A DNA stretch of 64,000 nt from Dehalococcoidia bacterium (GTDB taxonomy: Bacteria > Chloroflexota > Dehalococcoidia > Lucifugimonadales > UBA3495). A model generated the notes under the pieces. The model searched no databases. It saw nothing but the letters and a program-made list of their open reading frames with translations, and was not told the DNA's origin. Shown here piece after piece: positions 9,822-19,447 of this stretch. Numbering within the stretch: the stretch's first letter is position 1; each line of letters opens with the position of its first letter. Location of the stretch: the NCBI GenBank assembly GCA_965205185.1, contig OZ242043.1:967682-1031681 (forward strand), in the 5' to 3' direction. The position numbers were made by a program, and so were the translations under genes.

Positions 9822-9850
9822 TTGACGCACCGCCCCGGCTGGGTTGTAAT
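9822..9850 (+). promoter_or_regulatory. Sigma70-type promoter upstream of the Lin0512-family gene
   Basis: TTGACG (9822-9827), 17-nt spacer, TGTAAT (9845-9850). It is followed by a GC hairpin and an AGGAGG RBS before the ATG at 9900. Confidence 0.4.
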
Positions 9851-9899
9851 AGCCGGAGTCGCCCCGCCGGGGCGCATACCGCCAGCAGGAGGCTACGAT

Positions 9900-10244
9900 A
9901 TGGCGCTAGTGCGTTGCGTTACCGAAATGGGTATGGGCGTTGATGTCCACGGGCGGGATTACACCACCGCCGCTCAGCGGGCCGTTTTTGACGCCATCCA
10001 CCACAGTAGCCTGGGTTTTCAACGGATGATCGGCAAAACCGCCGACGATATGCGCGTGGACGTCACCATCGGTATCCCCAATCCCGCCGCCGTAGATCAG
10101 GCCGCCGTGCTGTCCGTCCTGCCCCACGGCACCGGCTACTGCGAAGCTGTCCCCGGCGGCTTGGAAGTCCCCAACGAGCGCGGCGACGACGCCCTGGTAA
10201 TTGCCAACGCCGTAGTGATAGTCAGCTTCGACGACGGTAGCTAA
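9900..10244 (+). CDS. Lin0512-family conserved hypothetical protein
   Basis: 114 aa from the ATG at 9900. 'EMGMGVDVHGRDYTTAAQRAVFDAIHHSSL' resembles the Lin0512_fam N-terminus. The upstream part of ORF 9615..10244 is non-coding. Confidence 0.6.
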   Translation: MALVRCVTEMGMGVDVHGRDYTTAAQRAVFDAIHHSSLGFQRMIGKTADDMRVDVTIGIPNPAAVDQAAVLSVLPHGTGYCEAVPGGLEVPNERGDDALVIANAVVIVSFDDGS

Positions 10245-10278
10245 CTCCAAAGTTTCCTTGACCGCGGCTAGCGCCCAA

Positions 10279-10318
10279 TTTTCCCTCTCCCTCTGGGAGA
10301 GGGTTATGGTGAGGGCAT
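10279..10318. repeat. Palindromic intergenic element (CCCTCTCCCTCTGGGAGAGGG + GTTATGGTGAGGG)
   Basis: Same architecture as the elements at 21788-21884 and 32158-32236. Lies between convergent genes. Confidence 0.7.
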
Positions 10319-10334
10319 ATAAGGCCGCACCAAC

Positions 10335-10838
10335 CTAACCATCCGCCAGCTTGCCCCGCGCCACCGCCACCAATTCCCGTAGCAGCCGGTGGCGGTCAGG
10401 GCCGGCGACGGTGAGCCGCCCCAAACCACGGTTTTCGATGAAAAACAGGCTGGCGGCATCCGCATCGCCCAGCCGGTGCTCAAACACGCCGCTGGCCCCC
10501 GGCTCCCCTGGCCCCGCCTCGCCGCGGCTGACCAAATCGGCGCGGATGCCATCCAACGCCGCCAACGCCTGCTCCCGGCTGCCGAACAGCACCACGCTTT
10601 GCAGCGCCCGGAACCCGGGGCCCTCCAGTTCCACCTGCGCCGACGGCCCATCCAGCGATTCCTGCTCCGACAACGATACAACGCTAACCGCGCCGCGCGG
10701 AAAATCCCCCGGCGACAGCAGCAATTCCCCCGGGTTCGCCGGCCGGTCCGCGCCGCAGGCGGACATCGCAATCGCCGCCAGCATAGCCGCCGCGAAAACC
10801 GCCGCGCCCCAGCCGCCGATGACGCCGCGGGCGTTCAA
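10335..10838 (-). CDS. Hypothetical lipoprotein
   Basis: The TTG at 10838 gives 'MNARGVIGGWGAAVFAAAMLAAIAMSAC', a classic lipoprotein signal. This TTG overlaps the hyuB TGA (TTGA). Confidence 0.5.
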   Translation of the reverse strand: MNARGVIGGWGAAVFAAAMLAAIAMSACGADRPANPGELLLSPGDFPRGAVSVVSLSEQESLDGPSAQVELEGPGFRALQSVVLFGSREQALAALDGIRADLVSRGEAGPGEPGASGVFEHRLGDADAASLFFIENRGLGRLTVAGPDRHRLLRELVAVARGKLADG

Positions 10839-12439
10839 TGCGAGTGACCGTGCAGGCGTTCCGGGGCGCCCCACCCCCCGGCGCCCGGCGTGCGGACGCT
10901 CAACACATCCCCCGCCTCTACATCGATCAATTCCTTGCCCGCCAACTGCACCTCCTCAAACCCGCCCCGCAGCAGCACATTTTCTCCCGGCGCCCCGTGA
11001 TGCCCGCCGTGGTAGCCGGGGGGCGGGCGGCGGCGTCGTTCCGACATCAGCGTCACCCGCGCCGGGGCCAGAAACTCCACTTCCCGCACCACGCCGTCGC
11101 CCCCCCGATACTGCCCGTCGCCCCCGGAGCCGCGGCGCAGCGCATACCGGCGCAGGCGCAACGGAAACGCGAATTCCATCGCCTCAATGGGCGTGTTCAT
11201 CGTATTGGTCATGTGCGTCTGAATCCCCGATATGCCATCCTTATCCGGCCGCGCCCCCATCCCGCCGGCGATGGTTTCGTAGTAAACATAAGGCTTGTCG
11301 CGCACCGGGTCGTGGCCCCCGATAATCATATTGTTCATCGTGCCTTGACTGGCCGCCGGAATCACTTGCGGCAAAGCCTGCGCCAGCGCCCCGAACAGCA
11401 CATCGGTAATCCGCTGCGACGTTTCTACATTCCCCCCGGCCACCCCCCGTTGCGGGCGCGGATTAACCAGCGTTCCCTCCGGCGCATGGATCCGCAACGG
11501 ACGCAGGCAACCCTGGTTCGCCGGCGCCTGCTCCCGCAACAGACAGCGCACCACGTAGAGACACGCCGACACCGTGACCGCTTCCGGCGCATTGATACAA
11601 CCGGGCCGCTGCGCCGCAGTGCCGGTAAAGTCGATTTCCATTTCATCGCCCGACACCGTGATGGTCACCGCGATCGGCACCGGCTCTTGAGTAAGCCCGT
11701 CATCGTCCATATAATCCACGACGCGGTACACGCCATCGGGAATATCCTGGATCGTCCGGCGGGTCACCCGTTCCGAGTAATCCAGCAACGCCGCCATGTG
11801 TTCCGCGGTTTCGGCTACCCCGTAACGCTCAAACAACTCCCGCATTCGTTGCTCGCCCACGCGGATGGACGCCGTTTGCGCCGCCAAATCCCCCTTGCGC
11901 TCATCGGGCGTGCGGGAATTGCGGCAGATTAGTTGGATCACATCGTGGTTCAGCCGCCCGCCCCGGGCCAGCTTGATCGGTGGGATAATAGTCCCTTCCT
12001 GGTAAAGTTCCGTGGACAAAGGCAGCGACCCCGGGGTCATCCCCCCCACATCGGCGTGATGCCCGCGGGCCGACACAAATCCCGCCAGCCCCCGCGCCCC
12101 CTTTTCGCCGGCATACACCGGGGCCACCATCGTAATATCCGGCAAGTGAGTGCCGCCCAGATACGGGTCGTTCAGAATAACAATATCCCCCGCCCGCAGC
12201 GCGTTGGGAAACACCTCCAGCGCCGCCCGCACTGACGCCGGCATCGCCCCCAGATGCACCGGCACGTGCGCCGCCTGCGCCACCATATTCCCCTCGGTAT
12301 CGAACACCGCGCAGGAAAAATCCCGCCGTTCCTTGATGTTCGGCGAGTAGGCCGTCCGTTGCAAGGCGACCCCCATTTCCTCGGCCACCGACTCGAACAT
12401 ATTCTTGAACACTTCCAGGCTAACCGGGTCAACGGGCAT
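10835..12439 (-). CDS. hyuB: Hydantoinase B / oxoprolinase family protein
   Basis: The real start is the ATG at 12439 ('MPVDPVSLEVFKNMFESVAEEMG'). 'ERRDFSCAVFD' and 'ILNDPYLGGTHLPD' are HyuB hallmarks. The 179 upstream residues of the listed ORF overlap the PIG-L gene. Confidence 0.9.
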   Translation of the reverse strand: MPVDPVSLEVFKNMFESVAEEMGVALQRTAYSPNIKERRDFSCAVFDTEGNMVAQAAHVPVHLGAMPASVRAALEVFPNALRAGDIVILNDPYLGGTHLPDITMVAPVYAGEKGARGLAGFVSARGHHADVGGMTPGSLPLSTELYQEGTIIPPIKLARGGRLNHDVIQLICRNSRTPDERKGDLAAQTASIRVGEQRMRELFERYGVAETAEHMAALLDYSERVTRRTIQDIPDGVYRVVDYMDDDGLTQEPVPIAVTITVSGDEMEIDFTGTAAQRPGCINAPEAVTVSACLYVVRCLLREQAPANQGCLRPLRIHAPEGTLVNPRPQRGVAGGNVETSQRITDVLFGALAQALPQVIPAASQGTMNNMIIGGHDPVRDKPYVYYETIAGGMGARPDKDGISGIQTHMTNTMNTPIEAMEFAFPLRLRRYALRRGSGGDGQYRGGDGVVREVEFLAPARVTLMSERRRRPPPGYHGGHHGAPGENVLLRGGFEEVQLAGKELIDVEAGDVLSVRTPGAGGWGAPERLHGHSH

Positions 12440-12465
12440 AGCGCCACCCCTGCCTGCCGGCGCGT

Positions 12466-13281
12466 TTAATCCGCCGGCAGTTCGGCCAAAAGATCGCGGG
12501 TTTCCCCGCCGGATCCCACCAGTTGGAAATACTCCGTGGACATTATTTCGTCCACAAATTCCGGCGACAATTGGGCGAACGGCCCGCCGGGGTCCATCTG
12601 CGTCCGGTGCCGCTCCAGGGACTCTTTCTTGACCGCCAGAAACCGCCCCACATTCCGCACGGTAGTCACCGCATCGTCCGCCGTGCCTAACGCCGAGGTA
12701 TCGTCGGCGGAAAAGGGCGGGCGGATCCCCGCCGCCGTCATTTCCTGCCACATCCGTTGAAAGACGCTGCGGGGGAAGCAGAGATAATACAACAGCGGCC
12801 CGCCCCCGTCGCGACAGCTTTCCGCCGCCGCCGCGGTATGGCGGCAGATCGCCACATGGTCGGGATGCCCGTACCCCCCGGTAGGGTCGTGGGTAATGAC
12901 CAAATCCGGGCGCAGTTCCCGGATCACCGCCGCCACCTGCCCCGACACCCGTTCCGGCGCCGCTTGAAACAGGCAAGCCGGATGGCCGTTATCCTCGGTT
13001 CCCGCCATCCCCGAATCGCGGTAATTCAGAAACCGCACATCCCGGATCCCGGTGACATCCATCGCCGCCCGCAGCTCGCCCTGCCGCACTGCCCCCAGCG
13101 TTGCCGGCGTCGCCAGCCCCGGATCGCTGATTTCCCCCACATCCCCGTTAGTGGCGCAAACCAGGGTCACCCGATGCCCCCCGGTCGCCAGCGCCGCCAG
13201 CGTACCCCCGCACCCAAACCCCTCATCATCGGGATGGGCGAACACCGCCAAAACGGTCAACCGGCGTTGCGGCCTAGTCAT
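12466..13281 (-). CDS. PIG-L/LmbE-family N-acetylglucosaminyl deacetylase
   Basis: 'VLAVFAHPDDEGFGCGGTLA' and 'HPDH' zinc-binding motifs. Confidence 0.85.
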   Translation of the reverse strand: MTRPQRRLTVLAVFAHPDDEGFGCGGTLAALATGGHRVTLVCATNGDVGEISDPGLATPATLGAVRQGELRAAMDVTGIRDVRFLNYRDSGMAGTEDNGHPACLFQAAPERVSGQVAAVIRELRPDLVITHDPTGGYGHPDHVAICRHTAAAAESCRDGGGPLLYYLCFPRSVFQRMWQEMTAAGIRPPFSADDTSALGTADDAVTTVRNVGRFLAVKKESLERHRTQMDPGGPFAQLSPEFVDEIMSTEYFQLVGSGGETRDLLAELPAD

Positions 13282-13391
13282 TGTCGCAATCCCGCCCCAT
13301 AGAAAAGGTTTCCATAACCTCTATCCCCGTCCAGCATTTACTATATGATACCCCAATTATTCCCGATATTCCCCCGTTCCCCCGCCGTTCC

Positions 13392-15407
13392 CTACCCCAT
13401 AGCCAGCAGCAGATTGCCGTAGGCGTCAACCTCCCCCTGCCAGCTGGGCGGAATGACCGTTGTGGTATCCAACTGCACCACCAGCGCCGGCCCCGCCAGC
13501 CGGTTGCCGGACGATAGCAGTTCGCGCCGGTACAGCGGCGTTGCCAATTCCCCCTCCCGGAACACCACGCCCACCGTGGCGATTTGCGCCCCCGACGGAT
13601 CCGCCCCCTGCGCCGCTTGGGGCGGCAGATCCGGCTTTCCCACCGCCAAATCCAGCTTCAGCCGCAGATTCACGATTTCCACCGGCTCCGCCCGATCCGC
13701 ATAACCGAAACGTTGCAGATGGGCGCGATAAAAGCTGTCCGATATCGCCCGCGCCAGCCCGCCCGAAACCCGCGAACCCCGCGATTCGGGGTAATCAATG
13801 GTCAACTCAAAGGACTGCCCGACATAACGCACATCCAAAAACCGGCGCGTAGTCATCCGGTCGGCAGGCAGCCCCTCCCGCTCCAGTTCGGCGCGGGCCA
13901 GCCCCTCCATCCCGTGAAACTCCTCCTCCAGCCGCGTCCGCGCCAAATCGCCGCCCCGCAGCATCACTGTCCGGGAATAATCCTTGACTACATCGGCGAT
14001 CGCCACCCCCAGCGCTGACAAGATCCCCGGCCGCGCCGGGATCAGCGCCCGCGGAATCCCCAATTCCTGCGCCAGTTCGCACCCATGCACCGGCCCCGCC
14101 CCCCCGAAAGGCACCAGCGTAAAGTTGCGCGGATCATAACCCCGCTCCAGGGAGATCGCCCGGATCGCCCGTTCCATATTCGCGTTCACCACCCGGTTAA
14201 TCCCCAGCGCCGCCTCATGCACGCCCAGCCCCAGTTGCGCCGCCAGCGACCGCATCAGCCCCTCCGCCCGCGGCAAATCCAGCGCCATCCGCCCGCCCAA
14301 AAAATGATCCGGCCGCAGCCGCCCCAGCAACAGATTAGCGTCCGAAACCGTCAGCTGATCCCCCGTCCCGTAGCAGGCCGGCCCCGGATTGGCCCCCGCC
14401 GACTGCGGCCCCACCGTCAACGCGCCCCCGGCATCCACCCGCGCGATCGACCCCCCGCCCGCCCCGACCGTATGGATCTCAATCATCGGCACGCTTACCG
14501 GATGCCCCCCCACGGTAGAGCTGCCGGTTTCCTTGATCCGTCCCGGGCAAAGCGACACATCGGTGGAAGTGCCGCCCATATCCAGCGTAATAATATCGGG
14601 ATACCCCGCCTGCGCCGCCGTATGAAACGCCCCCACCACGCCCCCCGCCGGGCCGCTGAGGATTGTCCGCACCGGCTGCTCCGCCGCCAGCCGCGCCGTA
14701 ATGCTCCCCCCCGACGACTGCATCACCCGCAGCCCCTCGCCCAACGACCGCTCCAGTTCCCCCAAGTAGCGGCTCATGACCTGCCCCACATAGGCGTTGA
14801 CCACCACCGTGCTGGCCCGCTCATACTCCCGGAACTCCGGCAATACCCGCGACGAGAGGGATATAAACGGCGCCGGACGCAGTTTCCGCAGCGCCGCATA
14901 AACCATATTTTCGTGAACCGGATTTAGAAAGGAAAACAAAAAGGACACCGCCACCGCATCGGCGCCCGACTCCGCCACCAGCGCCGCCAGCGCCTCTACC
15001 GCATCCGGCGGCAAATCCTCCAGAATCGTCCCGGTATAATCCACCCGTTCCGGCAGACCGAAGCGTAATTCCCACGGCGCCAAAGCCGGCGCCCGATCCT
15101 GCTCCAGGTTATACAACTCGGCGCGGCTTTGGCGCCCGATTTCCAGCACATCCTCAAACCCCATAGTCGTCACCAGCGCCGTGCGGGAACCCTTGCCCTC
15201 CAGCAGCGCGTTAGTCGCCACCGTAGAGCCGTGAACAAAATCGGCGGCCCCCCGGTCAACCCCGGCCTCCGCCACCCCCTGCACAATCCCCGCCGACGGA
15301 TCCTGCGGCGTCGACGGCAGCTTATGCACCATCAACTCCCCGTCCCGCAGCACGGCAATATCGGTAAAAGTGCCGCCCACATCGATTCCGACCACAACGC
15401 CCGGCAT
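13392..15407 (-). CDS. hyuA: Hydantoinase A / oxoprolinase family protein
   Basis: 671 aa. 'VGIDVGGTFTDI', 'DMGGTSTDV' and 'VGAGGGSIA' ATPase motifs. Confidence 0.9.
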   Translation of the reverse strand: MPGVVVGIDVGGTFTDIAVLRDGELMVHKLPSTPQDPSAGIVQGVAEAGVDRGAADFVHGSTVATNALLEGKGSRTALVTTMGFEDVLEIGRQSRAELYNLEQDRAPALAPWELRFGLPERVDYTGTILEDLPPDAVEALAALVAESGADAVAVSFLFSFLNPVHENMVYAALRKLRPAPFISLSSRVLPEFREYERASTVVVNAYVGQVMSRYLGELERSLGEGLRVMQSSGGSITARLAAEQPVRTILSGPAGGVVGAFHTAAQAGYPDIITLDMGGTSTDVSLCPGRIKETGSSTVGGHPVSVPMIEIHTVGAGGGSIARVDAGGALTVGPQSAGANPGPACYGTGDQLTVSDANLLLGRLRPDHFLGGRMALDLPRAEGLMRSLAAQLGLGVHEAALGINRVVNANMERAIRAISLERGYDPRNFTLVPFGGAGPVHGCELAQELGIPRALIPARPGILSALGVAIADVVKDYSRTVMLRGGDLARTRLEEEFHGMEGLARAELEREGLPADRMTTRRFLDVRYVGQSFELTIDYPESRGSRVSGGLARAISDSFYRAHLQRFGYADRAEPVEIVNLRLKLDLAVGKPDLPPQAAQGADPSGAQIATVGVVFREGELATPLYRRELLSSGNRLAGPALVVQLDTTTVIPPSWQGEVDAYGNLLLAMG

Positions 15408-15458
15408 AAAACGCCCCCATCCGGCCGAATACCCCCGCCGCCCGCCGAACCGCCCAAC

Positions 15459-16019
15459 CTATAGTATACCCCGAAAAATCCGGTCAACCGCCAAATCCAA
15501 CCCCGGCAGCACTGCCGACTCCAGCACATCGCCGCTGCCGCGGATGTAGGCCCGCCGCCACTCCCCGCCCTCCAGCCGCAGCACTTCCACGGTGCGGGCG
15601 ATCCAGCAGACCAGCCAGCACTCGCGGACGTCAATCCGGGCGTAATCGGCCAGCTTGCTCTGCAAATATCCGCCCCGGTTGCTGGGCGACAGAATTTCCA
15701 CCGCCAAATCCGGCCCGCCATAAATATGGTCGCACAAAATCCCCGCCCTTTCTTTGCTGACAAACAATATATCCGGCTGTCGCACCCGCAACGGAGATCT
15801 TTGCGCCAATACGTCCAATGGCGCGAACAACACTTCGCCCAACCCCCGCCCGCAGACGAACTGATGAACCGGACGGTAGATATTGCCCATTGCGATCTGA
15901 TGATGCCGGGTTGGCCGCGCGGACATAACCACCTCGCCGTCAATGATGTCAAACCGCTCCATAGTTTCCGGTTCGTTCAGATAATCCGCGTACGTCAACA
16001 CCCCGACTTGCGTTGTCAT
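15459..16019 (-). CDS. Uma2-family (DUF820) putative endonuclease
   Basis: 186 aa. 'YADYLNEPETMERFDIIDGEVVM...PTRHHQ' and 'PDILFV...PDLAVEILSPSN' (PD-(D/E)xK). Confidence 0.8.
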   Translation of the reverse strand: MTTQVGVLTYADYLNEPETMERFDIIDGEVVMSARPTRHHQIAMGNIYRPVHQFVCGRGLGEVLFAPLDVLAQRSPLRVRQPDILFVSKERAGILCDHIYGGPDLAVEILSPSNRGGYLQSKLADYARIDVRECWLVCWIARTVEVLRLEGGEWRRAYIRGSGDVLESAVLPGLDLAVDRIFRGIL

Positions 16020-16070
16020 AACCCGCCATCCTTTTCCCGTGTAGCAATCGGAATCGCGCTATATCGCCGG

Positions 16071-16637
16071 TCAGTCGATATCCTGGAAAATATCCGCAAT
16101 GTCCAAATCCAGCCCCGGCAGCACGGCCGACTCCAGCACATCGCCGCTGCCGCGGATGTAGGCCCGCCGCCATTCCCCGCCCTCCAGCCGCAGCACTTCT
16201 ACGGTGCGGGCGATCCAGCAGACCAGCCAGCATTCGCGGACGTCAATCCGGGCGTAATCGGCCAGTTTGCTCTCAAGATAACCGCCCCGGTTGCTGGGCG
16301 ACAGAATTTCAACCACCAAATCCGGCCCGCCATAAATATGGTCACACAAAATCCCCGGCCTTTCGTTGCTCACAAACAACAGATCGGGTTGCCGCACCCG
16401 TAGCGGATCCCGTTGCACAATTATGTCCATTGGCGCGAACACCACTAGGCCCAGATTGCCATCCCTGACAAATTTCCGTATCGGCCTATATAGGTTTCCC
16501 GAGGTAGTCTGGTGGTGCAGGGTTGGTCTTGCGGCCATAATCACCTCGCCGTCAATAATGTCAAACCGCTCCATCGTTTCCGGTTCGTTCAGATAATCCG
16601 CGTGGGTTAGCAACTTGGGTTTGGCCTCGGTTATCAT
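16071..16637 (-). CDS. Uma2-family (DUF820) putative endonuclease, tandem paralog
   Basis: Start at the ATG at 16637 ('MITEAKPKLLTHADYLNEPETMERFDIIDGEVIM'). The C-terminal ~55 residues are almost identical (one substitution) to the neighbouring paralog. Confidence 0.8.
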   Translation of the reverse strand: MITEAKPKLLTHADYLNEPETMERFDIIDGEVIMAARPTLHHQTTSGNLYRPIRKFVRDGNLGLVVFAPMDIIVQRDPLRVRQPDLLFVSNERPGILCDHIYGGPDLVVEILSPSNRGGYLESKLADYARIDVRECWLVCWIARTVEVLRLEGGEWRRAYIRGSGDVLESAVLPGLDLDIADIFQDID

Positions 16638-16687
16638 AATTCCGACTCCTTTCCGGCCCCGGGACAGGTTTATTATAGCCGCGAGCG

Positions 16688-19444
16688 TCATGCCGGCCGT
16701 AGACCGGCGTAGCGTCTCCCGGTCACCGACGGCTCCGCCGCCAAATTCCGGCGGATGGTATCCACCCGCTCCCCATCCAACCCCAGCGCCTCGCAAACCG
16801 CCGCATCCAGCCCCTGCCGCACCGCGCAATCATCCATCCGCGGCAATGGCAGCAGCGCCTGATCCGCCAGCGCATCGAAAGCCCCCGCCAACCTTTCCGC
16901 CGCATCGTTCCCGATAGCGGCGAAGTTGGGGACGATTAGCTTTCGCAAATCGTCCAACGAAAATTGCGGGTAGGACGGCGTTTTGTTAGAGCGGTTGCCC
17001 AGCAATGCCAAGATGCCGGGGGTTGAATTGAGATACACGCAAATAGCTTTCTCAAATACGGCGGCATCCATATCTGAGATGTTGCACTTGCAAGGCACCC
17101 ACGCCGACCCGATCACCGGAGCAGGAACTCTTACGCTGAGAGTTCTGACGGTGTTAAGACGAATCCTTGTCGGCAACAGCAACCTTCCGCGCTGATTCCA
17201 GAGTCTTTCAGCTTGCCTTTCTTTGCCATCTTTGGCGACTATATTAGTATCCGGTTTGGCGGCCATAGACTGCGTTACGTTGGTTTTGTGATCCCATAAC
17301 GCGGACATTCCGCCAATGCCGGGCAGCTTGGAACGGCTAAAAGTCACCCGAATGTTTATCGATCCAAACTCCGCAACTTCCTCCAGATTAACCGAGTTAA
17401 AGAACTCGCTATTCTGTAGCGCGGCAAATTCGGCGCAAAGATGAGGCGAAAGAAACTGAGTTGCGCCCCAATCGCCGGCGGCAATCTTGTGAGCCGGCCA
17501 TTCCTGAAGTGTGCCATGCTCTTGCCTGTCCGCAGTGCCGTCATTGATCGCCCAAGCGACTTGTATCGCCTCGGCGGGCGTGGCCGGGTTTCGGGCGAGA
17601 TTCACCACTGTTGTAGGCGGTTTCGGCCCTTTGTCGGGAGGCCAGCAACGGCAAACCAGCAACATCTCGCCAATGCTCGTATTTTCCGAAAAGTAAATGC
17701 GCTCAGGGTCGTGAGACGTTACAATGGTTTCAACGTGGTTGTTCCGTGATAAAAACCTCCGAATTTCCAGAGATGTTGCGTGGGTAGCAGTCGCCAAAGG
17801 CAACACGGCAGCGATCGCCCCGGTGTCGGCTTTCCTGATGTAGTCGGCAAGAACCATAAAAGCGTTTCCAATGCTTGCCAAATGTACCGGCTTGTTAGCG
17901 AAAATGCGTTTCTCTTGATCCCTGATTGCCCATTTTTCGTCGTTATCAAACTGCTGATAGCGCAAATCGTGTTGCGTAAATGGCGGGTTCATAATCACCA
18001 AGTCGGCCGGCCCGGCGTGGACGGTTTCCGTTCCGGTGTCTACTTGGCGGGCGACGGGTTCCGGGTTGGGAAAAGGAATCAGCATAGGCTGCCCGTCAAG
18101 GTAATCCAACGAACCCAAATGCGCTTTGCCGTCTTTGTCCAAGCCCAGCAATGCCCGGTTTATACCCATCTTGTTGAAATGTGTAGTCGGCGAAAGCAGT
18201 CCCAAGGTAGTAGCCGCCATGTGGGTGGCCGTAAGGTTGACGTCGTAACCGCTTAACACTTCCTCGATCAAGGCGCGGGCCAGAGTGCTGTCGGTTTCGA
18301 TTTGGGGCGCCAGTTCGCGGATCCGCTCCGCCGCGGCCATCAGCAAAGTGCCGGTGCCGCAGGCCGGGTCGGTGATGCGCAACTTGGCAATAGCTTCCGA
18401 ATCGCCCCAGTCGCACAGATTATCCCCGATAGCCAAAGCGGCCAGCAAGGTTGCCGCGGCGGTAGTGGTGTAGAAAGAGCCGTCGTATCGGGCGGTGTCC
18501 AGCACTTTGTGAAAGACACGCCCCATCAGGTCATGGCGCATTCCGGCAATGTCTTGAACCACGGTTAAGGCGGCGACGGCGGTTTGGCGAACCGCTTTGG
18601 CAAAGGCCGGGTCAAGCTGGCAAGCCAACAGCGCGGTGCGGCCGGTTACAAAGATGGGTTTGTAATCCAGTGCCAGAATCAAATCCCACGCCTTGATAAA
18701 TTCTTGGACCGGATCTTGTGAATGAGCGCACCGGGAGGCGGATACCGGGGGCCATTCCCCGGTGTAAGGCGGCGATACCGAATCAACCGGGCCCCGGCTG
18801 TCGAACTCAGGCCGCATACCGCTGATATGCGACTCCAGCCGGGAATGAAACATAACCGCGGTGGCAACCACCAACAGGGCCCGTTTGGCCGGAGCGTCCC
18901 ACGGGTTGCGGACGGGTTTTTTGTTTCGGGTTTGGCTCGGCAAATCAAGGGCTTGGGCCAGGGCCTGTTTTTGTTGCTTGCTGAGATCGCGCACTGCGGC
19001 GTCAAGGCTGGCGGATAGCGCCGCCGCGGCGAAATCCGGGTTGCCAAGCTGGGCCGGAGCTAACCGGATTACCGACGCCAGTTCGTCCAGATTGCCCCGG
19101 TTCCAGGACGCCGCGCCCTCGCCGCCGTCGCGGATGGCCCAGATCAATTCCGCCCTGGACAAGGTTTCGCCGGTAGTGCCTTCCGGGTAGCAGACCGCCA
19201 CCGCTACGTCGGCCAGATTCTGGTTTCCCGGCAGCCGCCGGTCGGCATCGCCGACGGCTTCCCGCTGCTTGGCGGGGCTTTGCCCATACTCCGGTTCAAC
19301 CGCGATGCGCGCCGGGCCGATATGCACTTCCACGTCAACCCGGCGGTTGCCGTGCATCACTTCCGGCTTGGCGTCCAGCCCCCGCGCCCGCAGTTCATCC
19401 GACAGCCGGACATTCAAGGTCTGTTCATGCTCCCTCGGCGTCAT
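16688..19444 (-). CDS. Large single-chain gamma-class N6-adenine DNA methyltransferase (possible type IIG/IIL-like R-M enzyme)
   Basis: 918 aa. Motif I 'ITDPACGTGTLLMAAAE' and motif IV 'LVIMNPPFTQ'. It has a long C-terminal TRD-like region and an N-terminal ~100-aa module 'RRVDVEVHIGPARIAVEPEYG' that could be nuclease-like. GC and skew differ from the flanks. Confidence 0.8.
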   Translation of the reverse strand: MTPREHEQTLNVRLSDELRARGLDAKPEVMHGNRRVDVEVHIGPARIAVEPEYGQSPAKQREAVGDADRRLPGNQNLADVAVAVCYPEGTTGETLSRAELIWAIRDGGEGAASWNRGNLDELASVIRLAPAQLGNPDFAAAALSASLDAAVRDLSKQQKQALAQALDLPSQTRNKKPVRNPWDAPAKRALLVVATAVMFHSRLESHISGMRPEFDSRGPVDSVSPPYTGEWPPVSASRCAHSQDPVQEFIKAWDLILALDYKPIFVTGRTALLACQLDPAFAKAVRQTAVAALTVVQDIAGMRHDLMGRVFHKVLDTARYDGSFYTTTAAATLLAALAIGDNLCDWGDSEAIAKLRITDPACGTGTLLMAAAERIRELAPQIETDSTLARALIEEVLSGYDVNLTATHMAATTLGLLSPTTHFNKMGINRALLGLDKDGKAHLGSLDYLDGQPMLIPFPNPEPVARQVDTGTETVHAGPADLVIMNPPFTQHDLRYQQFDNDEKWAIRDQEKRIFANKPVHLASIGNAFMVLADYIRKADTGAIAAVLPLATATHATSLEIRRFLSRNNHVETIVTSHDPERIYFSENTSIGEMLLVCRCWPPDKGPKPPTTVVNLARNPATPAEAIQVAWAINDGTADRQEHGTLQEWPAHKIAAGDWGATQFLSPHLCAEFAALQNSEFFNSVNLEEVAEFGSINIRVTFSRSKLPGIGGMSALWDHKTNVTQSMAAKPDTNIVAKDGKERQAERLWNQRGRLLLPTRIRLNTVRTLSVRVPAPVIGSAWVPCKCNISDMDAAVFEKAICVYLNSTPGILALLGNRSNKTPSYPQFSLDDLRKLIVPNFAAIGNDAAERLAGAFDALADQALLPLPRMDDCAVRQGLDAAVCEALGLDGERVDTIRRNLAAEPSVTGRRYAGLRPA

Positions 19445-19447
19445 CCC

